Origin: Alphaproteobacteria bacterium 43-37
Lineage (GTDB): Bacteria; Pseudomonadota; Alphaproteobacteria; 43-37
Assembly: GCA_001897475.1 (NCBI GenBank)
Contig: MKSY01000019.1
Coordinates: forward strand, 43,380-107,379
DNA length: 64,000 bases
Reading direction: 5' to 3'
In this document: positions 7,763 to 17,776 of the stretch, in pieces
How the letters are laid out: each line of letters begins with the position of its first letter
Numbering within the stretch: the first letter of the stretch is position 1
Made by a program: the position numbers and the translations under genes
The notes under the pieces: generated by a model
Seen by the model: only the letters and a program-made list of their open reading frames with translations
What the model was told of the DNA's origin: nothing
Database searches by the model: none

Positions 7763-9061
7763 ATGAAAAAAATTATCTTATCAGCGACTCTTTTAGTTAC
7801 CAGCACGTCTTTAGCAAACGCCTCTTTGTTCTCAAACGATGAATTGGATCTATCAGTTGGCACTCTCAATCCTATTCTAGCGCGAGCTGTAAATGTCATG
7901 CAAACTATGAGTCAAGCTAACGAACGTGACATTGAGACGCTTCAAGCGGCTTTTACCACTCAAATGGGCAAGCCTCAAATCCTTATACCTCAAAATTTGT
8001 ATGACTTTGCTCAGCAGACAATCCCCAACTTTAAGCTCCCTGAAGGAGCAAAAGCAGTTATTGAAAACGCTTCGAGTGATGAAGCTCAGATAGCCATTGC
8101 TGGAGTCTTAATAGAAAAACATGAAATAATGTCTTCCCGTGATTGTTACATGAAAGAAGACCCATCTAACACTGGTACGACTTTTGAGCTGCGTTCGAGT
8201 GTCAATAAACTACTAGGAACATCACAGTTTTCAGGCATCTTAGATGATACTGTAACGATGATTTTAAACGAATATAACACAGACCAATGGCTACAGAATT
8301 TAACTGCTAACCGGATGACTGTTGCCAAATATGCGCTTTATTACCTCCTTGAGGCAGCTCAAATGCTCCGCACCGCCTTATCTGAAAGTGACACATCCTC
8401 TGAAGAGACCGCACAGCTAAGCCCAGAATTTGCACTGCGCAATTTAAATTTAGTATACCCAGCGCAGTATACATTTGAAGGTACAAATTGCCGTATGACA
8501 CTCAAGGATACGAGCTTAGAAGGCTCCTATAATATAGATAAGAACGTTCGTACCCTTTTGGTTCCAAACGCAGGTTATGTTTTTGGCGGCAATCTTGTAT
8601 ATGGTAAAATCAAAGGCCTAGATTGCTCTTCATTTGTTTCTTACGTGGCCAATTCAACTGTTCGCATGTCAACCTACCTCATGGCACAAGCAGCTATTGC
8701 GATGGGCGCACCTTTCTCAGAATCAGATATTGGTTGGCCTATGTCAGATGTTGAAAAAGTCGAGGTTCAAATAATTTCCAGAGAATTTGATTTGGTTCAA
8801 GATCAAAACAACATTCAACCAGGAGATTTAATCACGTGGCGCAGCCCCAAGGCAGGCCATACAGCTGTGTTCATGTCCTGGCCAAAAACAAGCCTCCAGG
8901 AAGTTCGCCCAGACGGTTCCGCTCACCCAATATACAATACCACGCATTTTGTGGGAATTGATGCTAATCGTGAAGACGATAAGAGCAAAGAAGGCGTTAA
9001 TGAAGGCATCTTTTCATATGAAAGAAATGGCCGCAAAACTTTCGCTCTAAGGCGCAAGTAA
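7763..9061 (+). CDS. Secreted protein with C-terminal NlpC/P60 (C40 peptidase-like) domain
   Basis: Signal peptide MKKIILSATLLVTSTSLANA; YVFGG...GLDCSSFVSYV...IQPGDLITWR...GHTAVF gives the Cys/His catalytic pattern. Confidence 0.75.
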   Translation: MKKIILSATLLVTSTSLANASLFSNDELDLSVGTLNPILARAVNVMQTMSQANERDIETLQAAFTTQMGKPQILIPQNLYDFAQQTIPNFKLPEGAKAVIENASSDEAQIAIAGVLIEKHEIMSSRDCYMKEDPSNTGTTFELRSSVNKLLGTSQFSGILDDTVTMILNEYNTDQWLQNLTANRMTVAKYALYYLLEAAQMLRTALSESDTSSEETAQLSPEFALRNLNLVYPAQYTFEGTNCRMTLKDTSLEGSYNIDKNVRTLLVPNAGYVFGGNLVYGKIKGLDCSSFVSYVANSTVRMSTYLMAQAAIAMGAPFSESDIGWPMSDVEKVEVQIISREFDLVQDQNNIQPGDLITWRSPKAGHTAVFMSWPKTSLQEVRPDGSAHPIYNTTHFVGIDANREDDKSKEGVNEGIFSYERNGRKTFALRRK

Positions 9062-9069
9062 CTTATTGA

Positions 9070-9101
9070 TAGGGGTGTAAATACTCACTTTGCACCCCTA
9101 A
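9070..9101. terminator. Hairpin, probable terminator
   Basis: TAGGGGTGTAAA-N7-TTTGCACCCCTA directly after the stop at 9061. Confidence 0.6.
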
Positions 9102-9377
9102 TTTTATTGCCATATAAATTTATTATGAAAAACTGGAATTGGCTAGAACAAGTTGATATTTTACATCGTGGTTCTATAGTGTCAGCAATGCGAATTGTTG
9201 ATATCTATGTGAGCTTCAATCGAGACCCGCGCTAGCGCCAATAAACTTGCGGGCAAAGCCACGAGCCTGGCATTTTTGATAATGCTGTAGCAATAATTTT
9301 ATGTGCCCCCCTCTTGTATTGCTCCAAACATGCCTTATCTTATTCTTTGTGAGAATTTTACAAAAAGGAAAACCGCT

Positions 9378-9794
9378 ATGAAGAAAGTTGTTATATTGCT
9401 TGGGGTTGCACAAATACTTGTTTCAGCAAAGCAAGCTCCTACAGAAACATTGCTTGTGCCAGCTGACTTTGCGCCATTTGAAACATTCAGTACTCTTAGC
9501 GCTTTTGGATCTTGCGCCTTAAAAGAGGCCCTCCAATTTAAGGCCATAGGGCCAACAGTTGACGATATGATTTGTACAACAAAAGAATGCCTTCTCTCGT
9601 ATCAACCAGTTGACAAGCTTGCCCATTTTAAATTGATTTCCCATCCACAAGCTCAAGCTGGCGACCTTTTTGTGAGTTTCCCGGCTAAAGAATTTGAATG
9701 TGATATGCAAGCCACCATCCTAACAGGAGATACGCTTAGTAGCGCGGCAAAACAAATTCTAGGCCGCTATAGCTACGTATTAAGAGCCCTCTAG
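9378..9794 (+). CDS. Hypothetical secreted protein, possible degenerate NlpC/P60 paralog
   Basis: AAGGA RBS, signal-like MKKVVILLGVAQILVSA; shares collinear motifs with the upstream protein's C-terminal domain. Confidence 0.6.
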   Translation: MKKVVILLGVAQILVSAKQAPTETLLVPADFAPFETFSTLSAFGSCALKEALQFKAIGPTVDDMICTTKECLLSYQPVDKLAHFKLISHPQAQAGDLFVSFPAKEFECDMQATILTGDTLSSAAKQILGRYSYVLRAL

Positions 9795-9830
9795 GGTCGG
9801 CTCATATACCCGTTCCAAAACGTCAGCTTT

Positions 9831-11318
9831 CTACTCTGACTCTTCTGGATAGGTAATCCTTAAACGATATCTCAGCTCTTGATGATCCCTTGCTGGGACC
9901 TCAAGTACCCATAATAAACCATTCTCCCTCTTATGAGGATGATTTTCTCGAGAAACATTAACGTCGTGGGTATGCTGTGGCTTCAATTCTTTGAGAACAC
10001 GAATCAGAGCACTGCGGTCCCTGTGATTTTTAATGATGATGCGATAGCCTACTTCTATAACTCGTGGACCAAGCTGTTTATAATCCGTCTGCTGCGCGCT
10101 TGCGACAATTCCCTCAGCATCACCTAAGCGCAGCGGTATTTTCCCATCAATCGCTGTGTGGTTTATGCGATTTTGATCGCTGACTTTGGCAAAATCACTT
10201 TGGGTTTTGTGATAAACAAGCAGATTACCTCGTGGCAGGGGGAGCCCCAAACCACTTTGTGGTGCGTTAGCGATTGAAATCATGGTTGTTACCGGCACTT
10301 GCTGGATAGCACCATCGCTATCTTTGTCATACTGCGTATTAATCACCAGCCAAAATTGCCTCTCCCCTGTGATTTTCTGAGCCTGCGTATAGACAATATT
10401 TTTCGTTTGACGTGGAGCTAAATCAACTAATTTTGTGATTGGGTAACTATTACCCCGTAGGTCCCTTGTTCTAAATTCTTGTGCCTCAGTGTCCTTTTGT
10501 AAAGAATGAGTTTTTTCTCCTTTCGGTTTTGCCTCCCTCATTGCATCATCAGACTCAGGATCCTTACTCGGTTTGGCTTCATTTAATGTGGCTTTTTTAG
10601 GAGAAGGAGTCGCAACCAGCATCATTTCCGCCTGGTGAAAATCTATCAGTGTTTGATTTTGGACCGTAGCCAAACCAAGGAAATCTACAGTATCATCTGA
10701 TTCATTCACTTCTGCCGTATAGTTCATAGACCAGCCCACACCCGGTGTAATATAACTCATTTCAACAGTTGCACTTGTTTCTTGCGCGCTTTCAAAGACT
10801 GTATGAAGACTTGGAAAAGGCATGATATGGCTTGGTGAATTATTGAAGTTCACATACGCACCCATATACCTTTGCACATGCCCATCCACATCTACTATTA
10901 AAACACTTGGCATTTCAGGGTTAATTAGAATTCCTTGCAAGGTTTCATATTTCTGCGTTACAGGGTTTCTGGCTGTGAAAGTAATGTTTTGCCCAATAGC
11001 TCGTTCCAAAAGATCTTTGTAGGTAGCGGGCTGAAGCGCAAAGGATTGCTCAAGTATTTGCACGCCAAAATCATTATCTAAAATACGCATGAGCAATGTA
11101 CTTGGAATCAATTGACGGCTAATCCCTCTAAAGGTCACCTGTTGACGACCCTGCTTGAGGTGTATAGAACGAGCATCTCTCACAAACGCCAAGTTATTAT
11201 CATAGACAGTCAGCTGGATACGCTCTCGATTCGCAGGCGACTTATCTTGTGCATTCAAACAATAAGAAAAAAGAACGGCTACCGTCGCAACGAACACCTT
11301 AAACAATGGGTTGTTCAC
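9831..11318 (-). CDS. DUF4139 domain-containing secreted protein
   Basis: LTVYDNNLAFVRDAR, SYITPGVGWSMNY, GLGLPLPRG; likely GTG start at 11318 with GGAGGA RBS. Confidence 0.82.
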   Translation of the reverse strand: MNNPLFKVFVATVAVLFSYCLNAQDKSPANRERIQLTVYDNNLAFVRDARSIHLKQGRQQVTFRGISRQLIPSTLLMRILDNDFGVQILEQSFALQPATYKDLLERAIGQNITFTARNPVTQKYETLQGILINPEMPSVLIVDVDGHVQRYMGAYVNFNNSPSHIMPFPSLHTVFESAQETSATVEMSYITPGVGWSMNYTAEVNESDDTVDFLGLATVQNQTLIDFHQAEMMLVATPSPKKATLNEAKPSKDPESDDAMREAKPKGEKTHSLQKDTEAQEFRTRDLRGNSYPITKLVDLAPRQTKNIVYTQAQKITGERQFWLVINTQYDKDSDGAIQQVPVTTMISIANAPQSGLGLPLPRGNLLVYHKTQSDFAKVSDQNRINHTAIDGKIPLRLGDAEGIVASAQQTDYKQLGPRVIEVGYRIIIKNHRDRSALIRVLKELKPQHTHDVNVSRENHPHKRENGLLWVLEVPARDHQELRYRLRITYPEESE

Positions 11319-12780
11319 GTTTATCCTCCGATGTTTCTGTACTTGGCAAAGGCTGCCTGTCGGTGTCGCCAATAAGTTCTCTAGCTGCTAATGTCCTGGG
11401 CATGCTTTCAACAGGCTTAATTTCTTCGATAGGTTCATTTCCAGACAATGAATCAATGGCTTGAAATTTTCGCGCAGTTACTAATACGCGACGCTCCAAT
11501 GACCCAACAGATTGATTAAAGCTTTCAACAGTTTGCCCTAAATGCCTTCCCAGTTTTCTAAAATGACCACCCATGTCCGCAAGCCTTGTGTATAGCTCTC
11601 GCCCTAGCTCACCGATTTCTCTTGCAGAAGACGCCAAGCTTTCCTGCCGCCATCCATAGGAAACCGCCCTTAACATCGCGATCAATGTGGTTGGCGTAGC
11701 GAGAATTACTTTTTCGTGAACACCCGCCTCAATTAAGGATGGATCTTGCTCAAGCGCTGCACTGAAAAACATTTCTCCGGGTAAAAACAACACGACAAAA
11801 TCTGGCGTTGGATCAAACTGTTCCCAATAACCGCGTTTGCTCAAAGCGCTAATATGATTTTTAACATGCCGTGCATGATCTTTCATTTTAGCTAACCGCA
11901 CAGCCTCATCACTGGTAGACATCGCTTCAAGATAAGCATGAAGCGGCGCTTTCGCATCAACAATGATCTGCTTCCCACCTGGCAATCGAATTACCATATC
12001 TGGACGCATTTTTTGCATGTCGGCGCTATCGGCCGCATGAACCTGTTCGAGAAAATCGCAATAGGCCAGCATGCCAGCCATTTCCACAACTCTTTTGAGC
12101 TGCATTTCACCCCAACGACCTCGCACACTAGGCGTTTTAAGCGCTTGGACCAATTGGGAAGTCTCAGCCCTTAGTTGCTGCTGTGTTGAAACAAGCTCTT
12201 GCACTTGTTGACGTAACACATGGTATGCGCTCACTCGCTCCTTCTCAAGCTCATGAATTTTTTTATCCACACCAACAAGAGCCTCTTTCACAGGAGCAAC
12301 AAGGCCGGCAATTTCTTGCTGCCTTGCCGTTAAATCTCCCTTAGCTTGCTCTTGAAATTGGGACAGTGTGGTTTTAGCCAAATCTAAGAACGTTTGATTG
12401 TTTTGTTTAAGCGCATCAAATGACAATGATTTAAATGCATCCGACAAAGCATGATGGTTAGATACCAACAACTTCTTTTGCTCTTCCAACAAGGCTCTTT
12501 CGTGCCTAACTTCAGACTCTAAAACAGCATGATCTTGACGCACCCTTGCAAGCTCATTAGTGAGGATGGAAATTTCATGATCCCGCTCCAACAGGATATC
12601 TCGTTGCACGTCCATCGCTTCAGTTTTAACATGGTTATCAGCAATCGCCTGGCTCATTTGGTCGCGCAGACGACGCCCTTTTGCCATGGCAATAATAATC
12701 AATGCTGGAATAAGAATAACAGCACCCATTAAGCATCCTGCGATTAATTCAGGAGATTGCCAATTTAGCGAAAGCATCAT
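11299..12780 (-). CDS. rmuC: DNA recombination protein RmuC
   Basis: RGRWGEMQLKRVVE, RPDMVIRLP, IIVDAKAP, DFVVLFLPGE, ATPTTLIAML. Confidence 0.96.
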   Translation of the reverse strand: MMLSLNWQSPELIAGCLMGAVILIPALIIIAMAKGRRLRDQMSQAIADNHVKTEAMDVQRDILLERDHEISILTNELARVRQDHAVLESEVRHERALLEEQKKLLVSNHHALSDAFKSLSFDALKQNNQTFLDLAKTTLSQFQEQAKGDLTARQQEIAGLVAPVKEALVGVDKKIHELEKERVSAYHVLRQQVQELVSTQQQLRAETSQLVQALKTPSVRGRWGEMQLKRVVEMAGMLAYCDFLEQVHAADSADMQKMRPDMVIRLPGGKQIIVDAKAPLHAYLEAMSTSDEAVRLAKMKDHARHVKNHISALSKRGYWEQFDPTPDFVVLFLPGEMFFSAALEQDPSLIEAGVHEKVILATPTTLIAMLRAVSYGWRQESLASSAREIGELGRELYTRLADMGGHFRKLGRHLGQTVESFNQSVGSLERRVLVTARKFQAIDSLSGNEPIEEIKPVESMPRTLAARELIGDTDRQPLPSTETSEDKREQPIV

Positions 12781-12929
12781 GTAAACATCACCTTATTATG
12801 CAAAGACGATACTTGATTTCAAAACAAAGATAAATGGCTGATTGCACAGTTCTTGCATTTCAAAGATTCCGTCGGTATTCTTAGGACATACATGGCGCAA
12901 CACCACTGAAGATTTTAGAGAAGCCCCTT

Positions 12930-13832
12930 ATGCATTTTACGGAAATCCCAATACCATTTTTCAAAATGCATGGAACTGGAAATGATTTTGTTCTTTTTGA
13001 CTGTCGATCGTTTCCAATGTCTTCTTCATATGCTTTGATGGAACCCTCAGTAGTTCAAGTCATAGCTCACCGTCAACTAGGCGTTGGCTGCGATCAAGTG
13101 ATCTTTATGCTGCCACCCAAACAGGAAAACTCTCTCTCTCATGTTCGGTTTTTCAACACGGATGGGAGTGAAAGTGCCGCCTGCGGGAATGGTGCTCGAT
13201 GCGTAGCGTGGATGCTAAAGCAAACTCATCCAGATGATTCTGTTTGTTTTTCCACAAATCATGACTTCCTCCACGCAAATGTTCTCGGCTCAACTAACGT
13301 AGAAATCACCATGGGTAAAGTCATCCGCTCAGCTGACGCTATACCACTATCAAAGCCTTTGTCTCCAAATGCTATTGATGTGGGTATTGAAGGGCTTCCT
13401 CTGGGCGCTTGTGGTTCTATTGGCAATCCACACATTGTCTTTTTTGTGGATAACATTCACAATGTTCCCGTTAAAACGTTGGGCCCTTTGGTAGAAAATC
13501 ACCCTCTTTTTCTCAAGCGTATCAATGTACATTTTGCTGAGATTCAATCGCCGAACTTTCTTAAGCTTCGCACATGGGAAAGAGGCAGTGGCATGACTTT
13601 ATCTTGTGGCTCAGGAGCGTGTGTTGCAGCGGCAATTGCTAGTGAACTTAACTTAGTAACGTTGCCTTTAACCATCCATCAAAGTGGCGGTTCGGTAATA
13701 TGCTCTGGATTATCCGATGGGACAATGACACTCACCGGCCCTGTATCCACCATTTTCAAAGGAGGGTTTCACCCAGAATATCTGGAAAACCTCTTGAATA
13801 AGAACTCTGCCAAAAAGGCCACCCTATCATGA
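12930..13832 (+). CDS. dapF: Diaminopimelate epimerase
   Basis: KMHGTGNDF, NTDGSESAACGNGARC, GNPH, WERGSGMTLSCGSGAC. Confidence 0.97.
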   Translation: MHFTEIPIPFFKMHGTGNDFVLFDCRSFPMSSSYALMEPSVVQVIAHRQLGVGCDQVIFMLPPKQENSLSHVRFFNTDGSESAACGNGARCVAWMLKQTHPDDSVCFSTNHDFLHANVLGSTNVEITMGKVIRSADAIPLSKPLSPNAIDVGIEGLPLGACGSIGNPHIVFFVDNIHNVPVKTLGPLVENHPLFLKRINVHFAEIQSPNFLKLRTWERGSGMTLSCGSGACVAAAIASELNLVTLPLTIHQSGGSVICSGLSDGTMTLTGPVSTIFKGGFHPEYLENLLNKNSAKKATLS

Positions 13833-15097
13833 CAAAGACCTCGCCCCCACAGATTGTGACCTTTGGATGCCGACTGAATTCCTACGAATCGGAAGTGATT
13901 CGTGACATTCTAAAAGATAACAAATGTTCTGATGAAGTGATCGTTTTCAATACCTGCGGTGTCACAGCAGAAGCAGAGCGCCAGGCCAGGCAAGCGATTC
14001 GCAAGGCCCGCCGTGAAAAGCCTCAGGCGCGCATTATTGTCACGGGATGCGCTGTGCAAATGAACAGCGAGCCTTATGTAGCCATGAGAGAAATTGACCT
14101 CATCCTCGGCAATCAAGAAAAACTTGACCCACAAAGCTACGCATCGCTACTTAATCCCTCCAGCGAGCGCCTTTTAGTCAATGACATTATGTCTGTCCAA
14201 GAAACAGCCTTGCATATGATCAGCGGATTAGAGGATCGTGTAAGGGCTTTTCTGCAAGTGCAAAATGGATGTGATCATCGCTGTACGTTTTGTCGTATCC
14301 CTTTTGGAAGAGGCAACAATCGTAGCGTTCCAATCGGGCAAATTGTCCAAACGATCCAGCATCTCATGGAAAATAATGTCCAAGAAATTGTCCTAACGGG
14401 TGTAGATATTACAGATTATGGCAAAGACCTGCCTGGTAAACCCAGCTTGGGTGAAATGATCACTCGAGTTTTGAATCTGGTACCTTCATTGAAGCGCCTC
14501 CGCCTTTCATCTTTAGACCCAGTTGAAGTGGATGAGACTCTGCTTAAACTTATCGTATCCGATGAGCGTATTCTTCCTCATATTCATATTAGCCTCCAAG
14601 CGGGGAATGATCTTATCCTTAAGCGCATGAAAAGGCGCCACCTTCGGCAAGATGTGATTGATTTTTGCCATACTGTTCGCGCCGCCCGGCCTGATGTGGT
14701 TTTCGGGGCAGACATTATTGCGGGGTTCCCGACAGAAAGCGAGGATATGTTCCTTGACTCTTTGCGAATAGTTGATGAATGCGATTTGACATTCCTCCAC
14801 ATCTTCCCTTTTTCAGCACATAAAGAAACTCCTGCCTCGCGCATGCCGCAAGTGAGCTCTCACGCCATTAAAGAGCGCGCCAAGCGTCTTCGGGACAAAG
14901 GCACTCAAAAACTATCTGCCTATCTTGATACACAAATTGGCAAATCTATTGAGGTTTTGCTAGAGAAAGATAACAGTGGCCATACGAGAACTTTTGCCCA
15001 GGCTCAGGTTGAAGGACCAAGCTTTAGCCGGGGGCAAATTGTTACTGGCACAGGACAATCGCATAATGGCAAAACAATAAAGGTTCACGTTTCATGA
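13829..15097 (+). CDS. mtaB: tRNA t6A methylthiotransferase MtaB
   Basis: TFGCRLNSYES, NTCGVT, radical SAM motif CDHRCTFC; dapF-mtaB-ftsY synteny. Confidence 0.93.
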   Translation: MTKTSPPQIVTFGCRLNSYESEVIRDILKDNKCSDEVIVFNTCGVTAEAERQARQAIRKARREKPQARIIVTGCAVQMNSEPYVAMREIDLILGNQEKLDPQSYASLLNPSSERLLVNDIMSVQETALHMISGLEDRVRAFLQVQNGCDHRCTFCRIPFGRGNNRSVPIGQIVQTIQHLMENNVQEIVLTGVDITDYGKDLPGKPSLGEMITRVLNLVPSLKRLRLSSLDPVEVDETLLKLIVSDERILPHIHISLQAGNDLILKRMKRRHLRQDVIDFCHTVRAARPDVVFGADIIAGFPTESEDMFLDSLRIVDECDLTFLHIFPFSAHKETPASRMPQVSSHAIKERAKRLRDKGTQKLSAYLDTQIGKSIEVLLEKDNSGHTRTFAQAQVEGPSFSRGQIVTGTGQSHNGKTIKVHVS

Positions 15098-16035
15098 GCG
15101 AAAAAAAAGGTTGGTTTTCAAAAATAACCAGCGGCCTTAAAAAATCCACCGACAAACTCTCCCACGGAATTGGGGCAATTTTTACTAAAAAGAAGCTCGA
15201 TAATGAAACTTTATCAGACCTAGAGGATCTTCTCATCACCTGTGATATCGGAGTTGAGGTAACAGGTAAAATTTTGGCGTCTTTAAAGAAAACTCGATTC
15301 GGCGAAGATGTAACAGACCAGGAAATCAAAGAGTTTTTAGCCAGTGACATTGTTAAAATCATGGAACCTTATGAGCAGGAAATCCATATTGAATCCGGCA
15401 TCACAAATGTTATCCCCATCATTGGTGTCAATGGCAGTGGAAAGACCACAACCATCAGCAAGCTCGCCCAGCTATGGCGGGATCAAGGGCTAACATTGTC
15501 GTTAGTTGCTGGCGATACATTCCGCGCTGCTGCCGTATCCCAGCTAAAAATATGGGGTGATAGGCTTGGTATCGAGGTCGTATCTGGCGAAGAAAATGCT
15601 GACACAGCGGCTCTTGCGTTCGAAGCTCTCCAAAATGCACAAAAGAAGCATGTTGATATCCTCCTTATTGATACAGCTGGAAGACTCCATAATCGCGCAG
15701 ACCTAATGGCGGAATTGGACAAAACTCAAAGAGCATTGCAAAAACTAGATCCAGCAGCACCTCACCAATGTATTATGATTTTAGATGCCACAACTGGGCA
15801 AAATTTATATGCTCAAGTTGAAACATTTAAAAAGTATATTAACGTTTCTGGCTTCATAATGACAAAACTCGATGGCACAGCCAAAGGTGGCGTACTCATC
15901 GGCTTGGTTGATCATTTTAAACTCCCTGTTTTTGCAATTGGGGTTGGCGAAAAAGCAGAGGACCTTAAAATGTTCAATGCAAATGAATTTGCGGCAACAT
16001 TATTGGGATTAGCAAGTGATGACGGAACATCCTGA
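15094..16035 (+). CDS. ftsY: SRP receptor FtsY
   Basis: GVNGSGKTTT, DTFRAAA, DTAGR, TKLDGTAKGG. Confidence 0.97.
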   Translation: MSEKKGWFSKITSGLKKSTDKLSHGIGAIFTKKKLDNETLSDLEDLLITCDIGVEVTGKILASLKKTRFGEDVTDQEIKEFLASDIVKIMEPYEQEIHIESGITNVIPIIGVNGSGKTTTISKLAQLWRDQGLTLSLVAGDTFRAAAVSQLKIWGDRLGIEVVSGEENADTAALAFEALQNAQKKHVDILLIDTAGRLHNRADLMAELDKTQRALQKLDPAAPHQCIMILDATTGQNLYAQVETFKKYINVSGFIMTKLDGTAKGGVLIGLVDHFKLPVFAIGVGEKAEDLKMFNANEFAATLLGLASDDGTS

Positions 16036-17509
16036 AGTCTTAACACAAGGTGGCATCAGGAACGTTACTGTTTGCCGAACAGCTGACCATGCCGTTCAAA
16101 CAATCCACAGCATCTATGATGATAATGTCCTTCGAATCAAAAATAAGTTAGCCAGCCTTATTTCATCTTCTCAAGATTCAGAGCCACTCGAAGAAAATCT
16201 CGAAGGTGAGGGTTATTATCCGTTCGTTGGGATTAATGTTGAAGAACTTAACAAAAATTTGGACACCAAATTATCCTTCGGAGCTATCCAAGAAACTGGA
16301 TTTTACGGCACTACAATCACCCGCCCCCAGTTGTTTGATTCATATTTAAAAGGGCAACTATCCCTGCTTATTAAATATCATAAAGCCCCCCTTTATGTAG
16401 GAGAAAGTAACACCCCTATCCCTCTACCGTTCGCCATTGATCATGAGCCGGGGATAGCTAAAAAAGGTCCATTATGGTTTGTCAGTCAAAATTTTGTGTT
16501 GCCAGACTTGAGCACCATTGACGACAATATTGCCAACGCCACGCCTATATCTACAACAGGCATCAATCCTCTTTCATTATTCACAGCTCCACGGGTCGAT
16601 ATTTCCCTCCATAGGCTTGAGCATTACACGGGAACATCAGCTGAGCATTTTCAACAGTTTATTCTCCTGACAAACTATCAAAGATATGTGGATGCTTTTG
16701 TTACGTATAGCCAAGAAATGCTTCTAACAAACCCTGAGTACACTTCATTAATTGAGCCTGGCAATAGGACAACTTTCCATGCCGATGGAAAATTGATATG
16801 TGAAGGTGAACTTAATAGCCATACCCAAATGCCCGCCTACCATTTAAAGTGCGCCGATGGGAATGGGGTAACATTTATCAACATTGGGGTTGGACCAAGT
16901 AATGCTAAAACCATTACAGACCATTTAGCCGTTCTTAGGCCGCACTGTTGGTTGATGTTAGGCCATTGCGCTGGATTAAGGCGCAGCCAACTTTTGGGCG
17001 ATTACGTTTTGGCCCATGCCTATGTTCGCGAAGATCATGTTTTAGATAGCGATTTGCCTGGATGGATACCTATCCCTCCTATTGCTGAGGTCCAGGTAGC
17101 GCTGCAACAAGCTGTTGCAAAAGTCACCGGAATTAGCGGGCCTGAGCTCAAAAGCCGCATGCGGACAGGGACAGTTTTCACAACCGATAACCGCAATTGG
17201 GAATTTCGCTCCAACGAACTCTTCCAGCAATTCCAGCAAAGCCGTGCTATGGCTTTGGATATGGAGTCCGCAACAGTCGCCGCCAATGGGTTTCGCTTTC
17301 GAGTACCCTATGGAACTCTCCTATGTGTGTCTGACAAGCCAGTCCATGGTGAGATTAAACTCAAGGGCATGGCCAACGAGTTTTATCGCAAGCGTGTGGT
17401 CCAACATTTGGAAATCGGTTTAGAAACCATGCGCATTTTGCGCGAATCAGACCCCGACTCACTCCATTCGCGAAAACTGCGTGGCTTCGACGACCCACCA
17501 TTTCGTTGA
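16016..17509 (+). CDS. amn: AMP nucleosidase
   Basis: RLEHYTG, QMPAYHL, NIGVGPSNAKTITDHLAVLRP, DMESATVAANGFRFRVPYGTLLCVSDKP, LHSRKLR. Confidence 0.96.
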   Translation: MMTEHPEVLTQGGIRNVTVCRTADHAVQTIHSIYDDNVLRIKNKLASLISSSQDSEPLEENLEGEGYYPFVGINVEELNKNLDTKLSFGAIQETGFYGTTITRPQLFDSYLKGQLSLLIKYHKAPLYVGESNTPIPLPFAIDHEPGIAKKGPLWFVSQNFVLPDLSTIDDNIANATPISTTGINPLSLFTAPRVDISLHRLEHYTGTSAEHFQQFILLTNYQRYVDAFVTYSQEMLLTNPEYTSLIEPGNRTTFHADGKLICEGELNSHTQMPAYHLKCADGNGVTFINIGVGPSNAKTITDHLAVLRPHCWLMLGHCAGLRRSQLLGDYVLAHAYVREDHVLDSDLPGWIPIPPIAEVQVALQQAVAKVTGISGPELKSRMRTGTVFTTDNRNWEFRSNELFQQFQQSRAMALDMESATVAANGFRFRVPYGTLLCVSDKPVHGEIKLKGMANEFYRKRVVQHLEIGLETMRILRESDPDSLHSRKLRGFDDPPFR

Positions 17510-17512
17510 GAG

Positions 17513-17764
17513 TTACTTCAAACCCCATTTGTGCATGATGAGATCTACCTTTTCTTCAGCTTTCATGAAAGCAGGAGCAGTTCTGGGAAATCTAGTCTTA
17601 AGTTTCCTGATAAGCCTTGGAATGAAAGCAATATCGTCTTTAAGCACCAGAAGACCTAATGAAATGAAAATCCAGCCTTGAATGATGGGCAAAAACCCAC
17701 CTACAACCCCAAAGAACAATAAAAAGATGCCAATAATATGTCGTTTAATTTTACGACTTAGCAT
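17513..17764 (-). CDS. Small membrane protein (PGPGW-like)
   Basis: Two hydrophobic segments flanking GGFLPIIQGW. Confidence 0.65.
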   Translation of the reverse strand: MLSRKIKRHIIGIFLLFFGVVGGFLPIIQGWIFISLGLLVLKDDIAFIPRLIRKLKTRFPRTAPAFMKAEEKVDLIMHKWGLK

Positions 17765-17776
17765 ACGGGCTTCCCC

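Noticed and set aside
9249-9290. c-di-GMP-I (GEMM) riboswitch suggested by GCAAAGCCACGAGCCT
   Set aside because: The upstream GGCAAAC...GAAA tetraloop stem is absent; kept only as a generic structured-RNA candidate.
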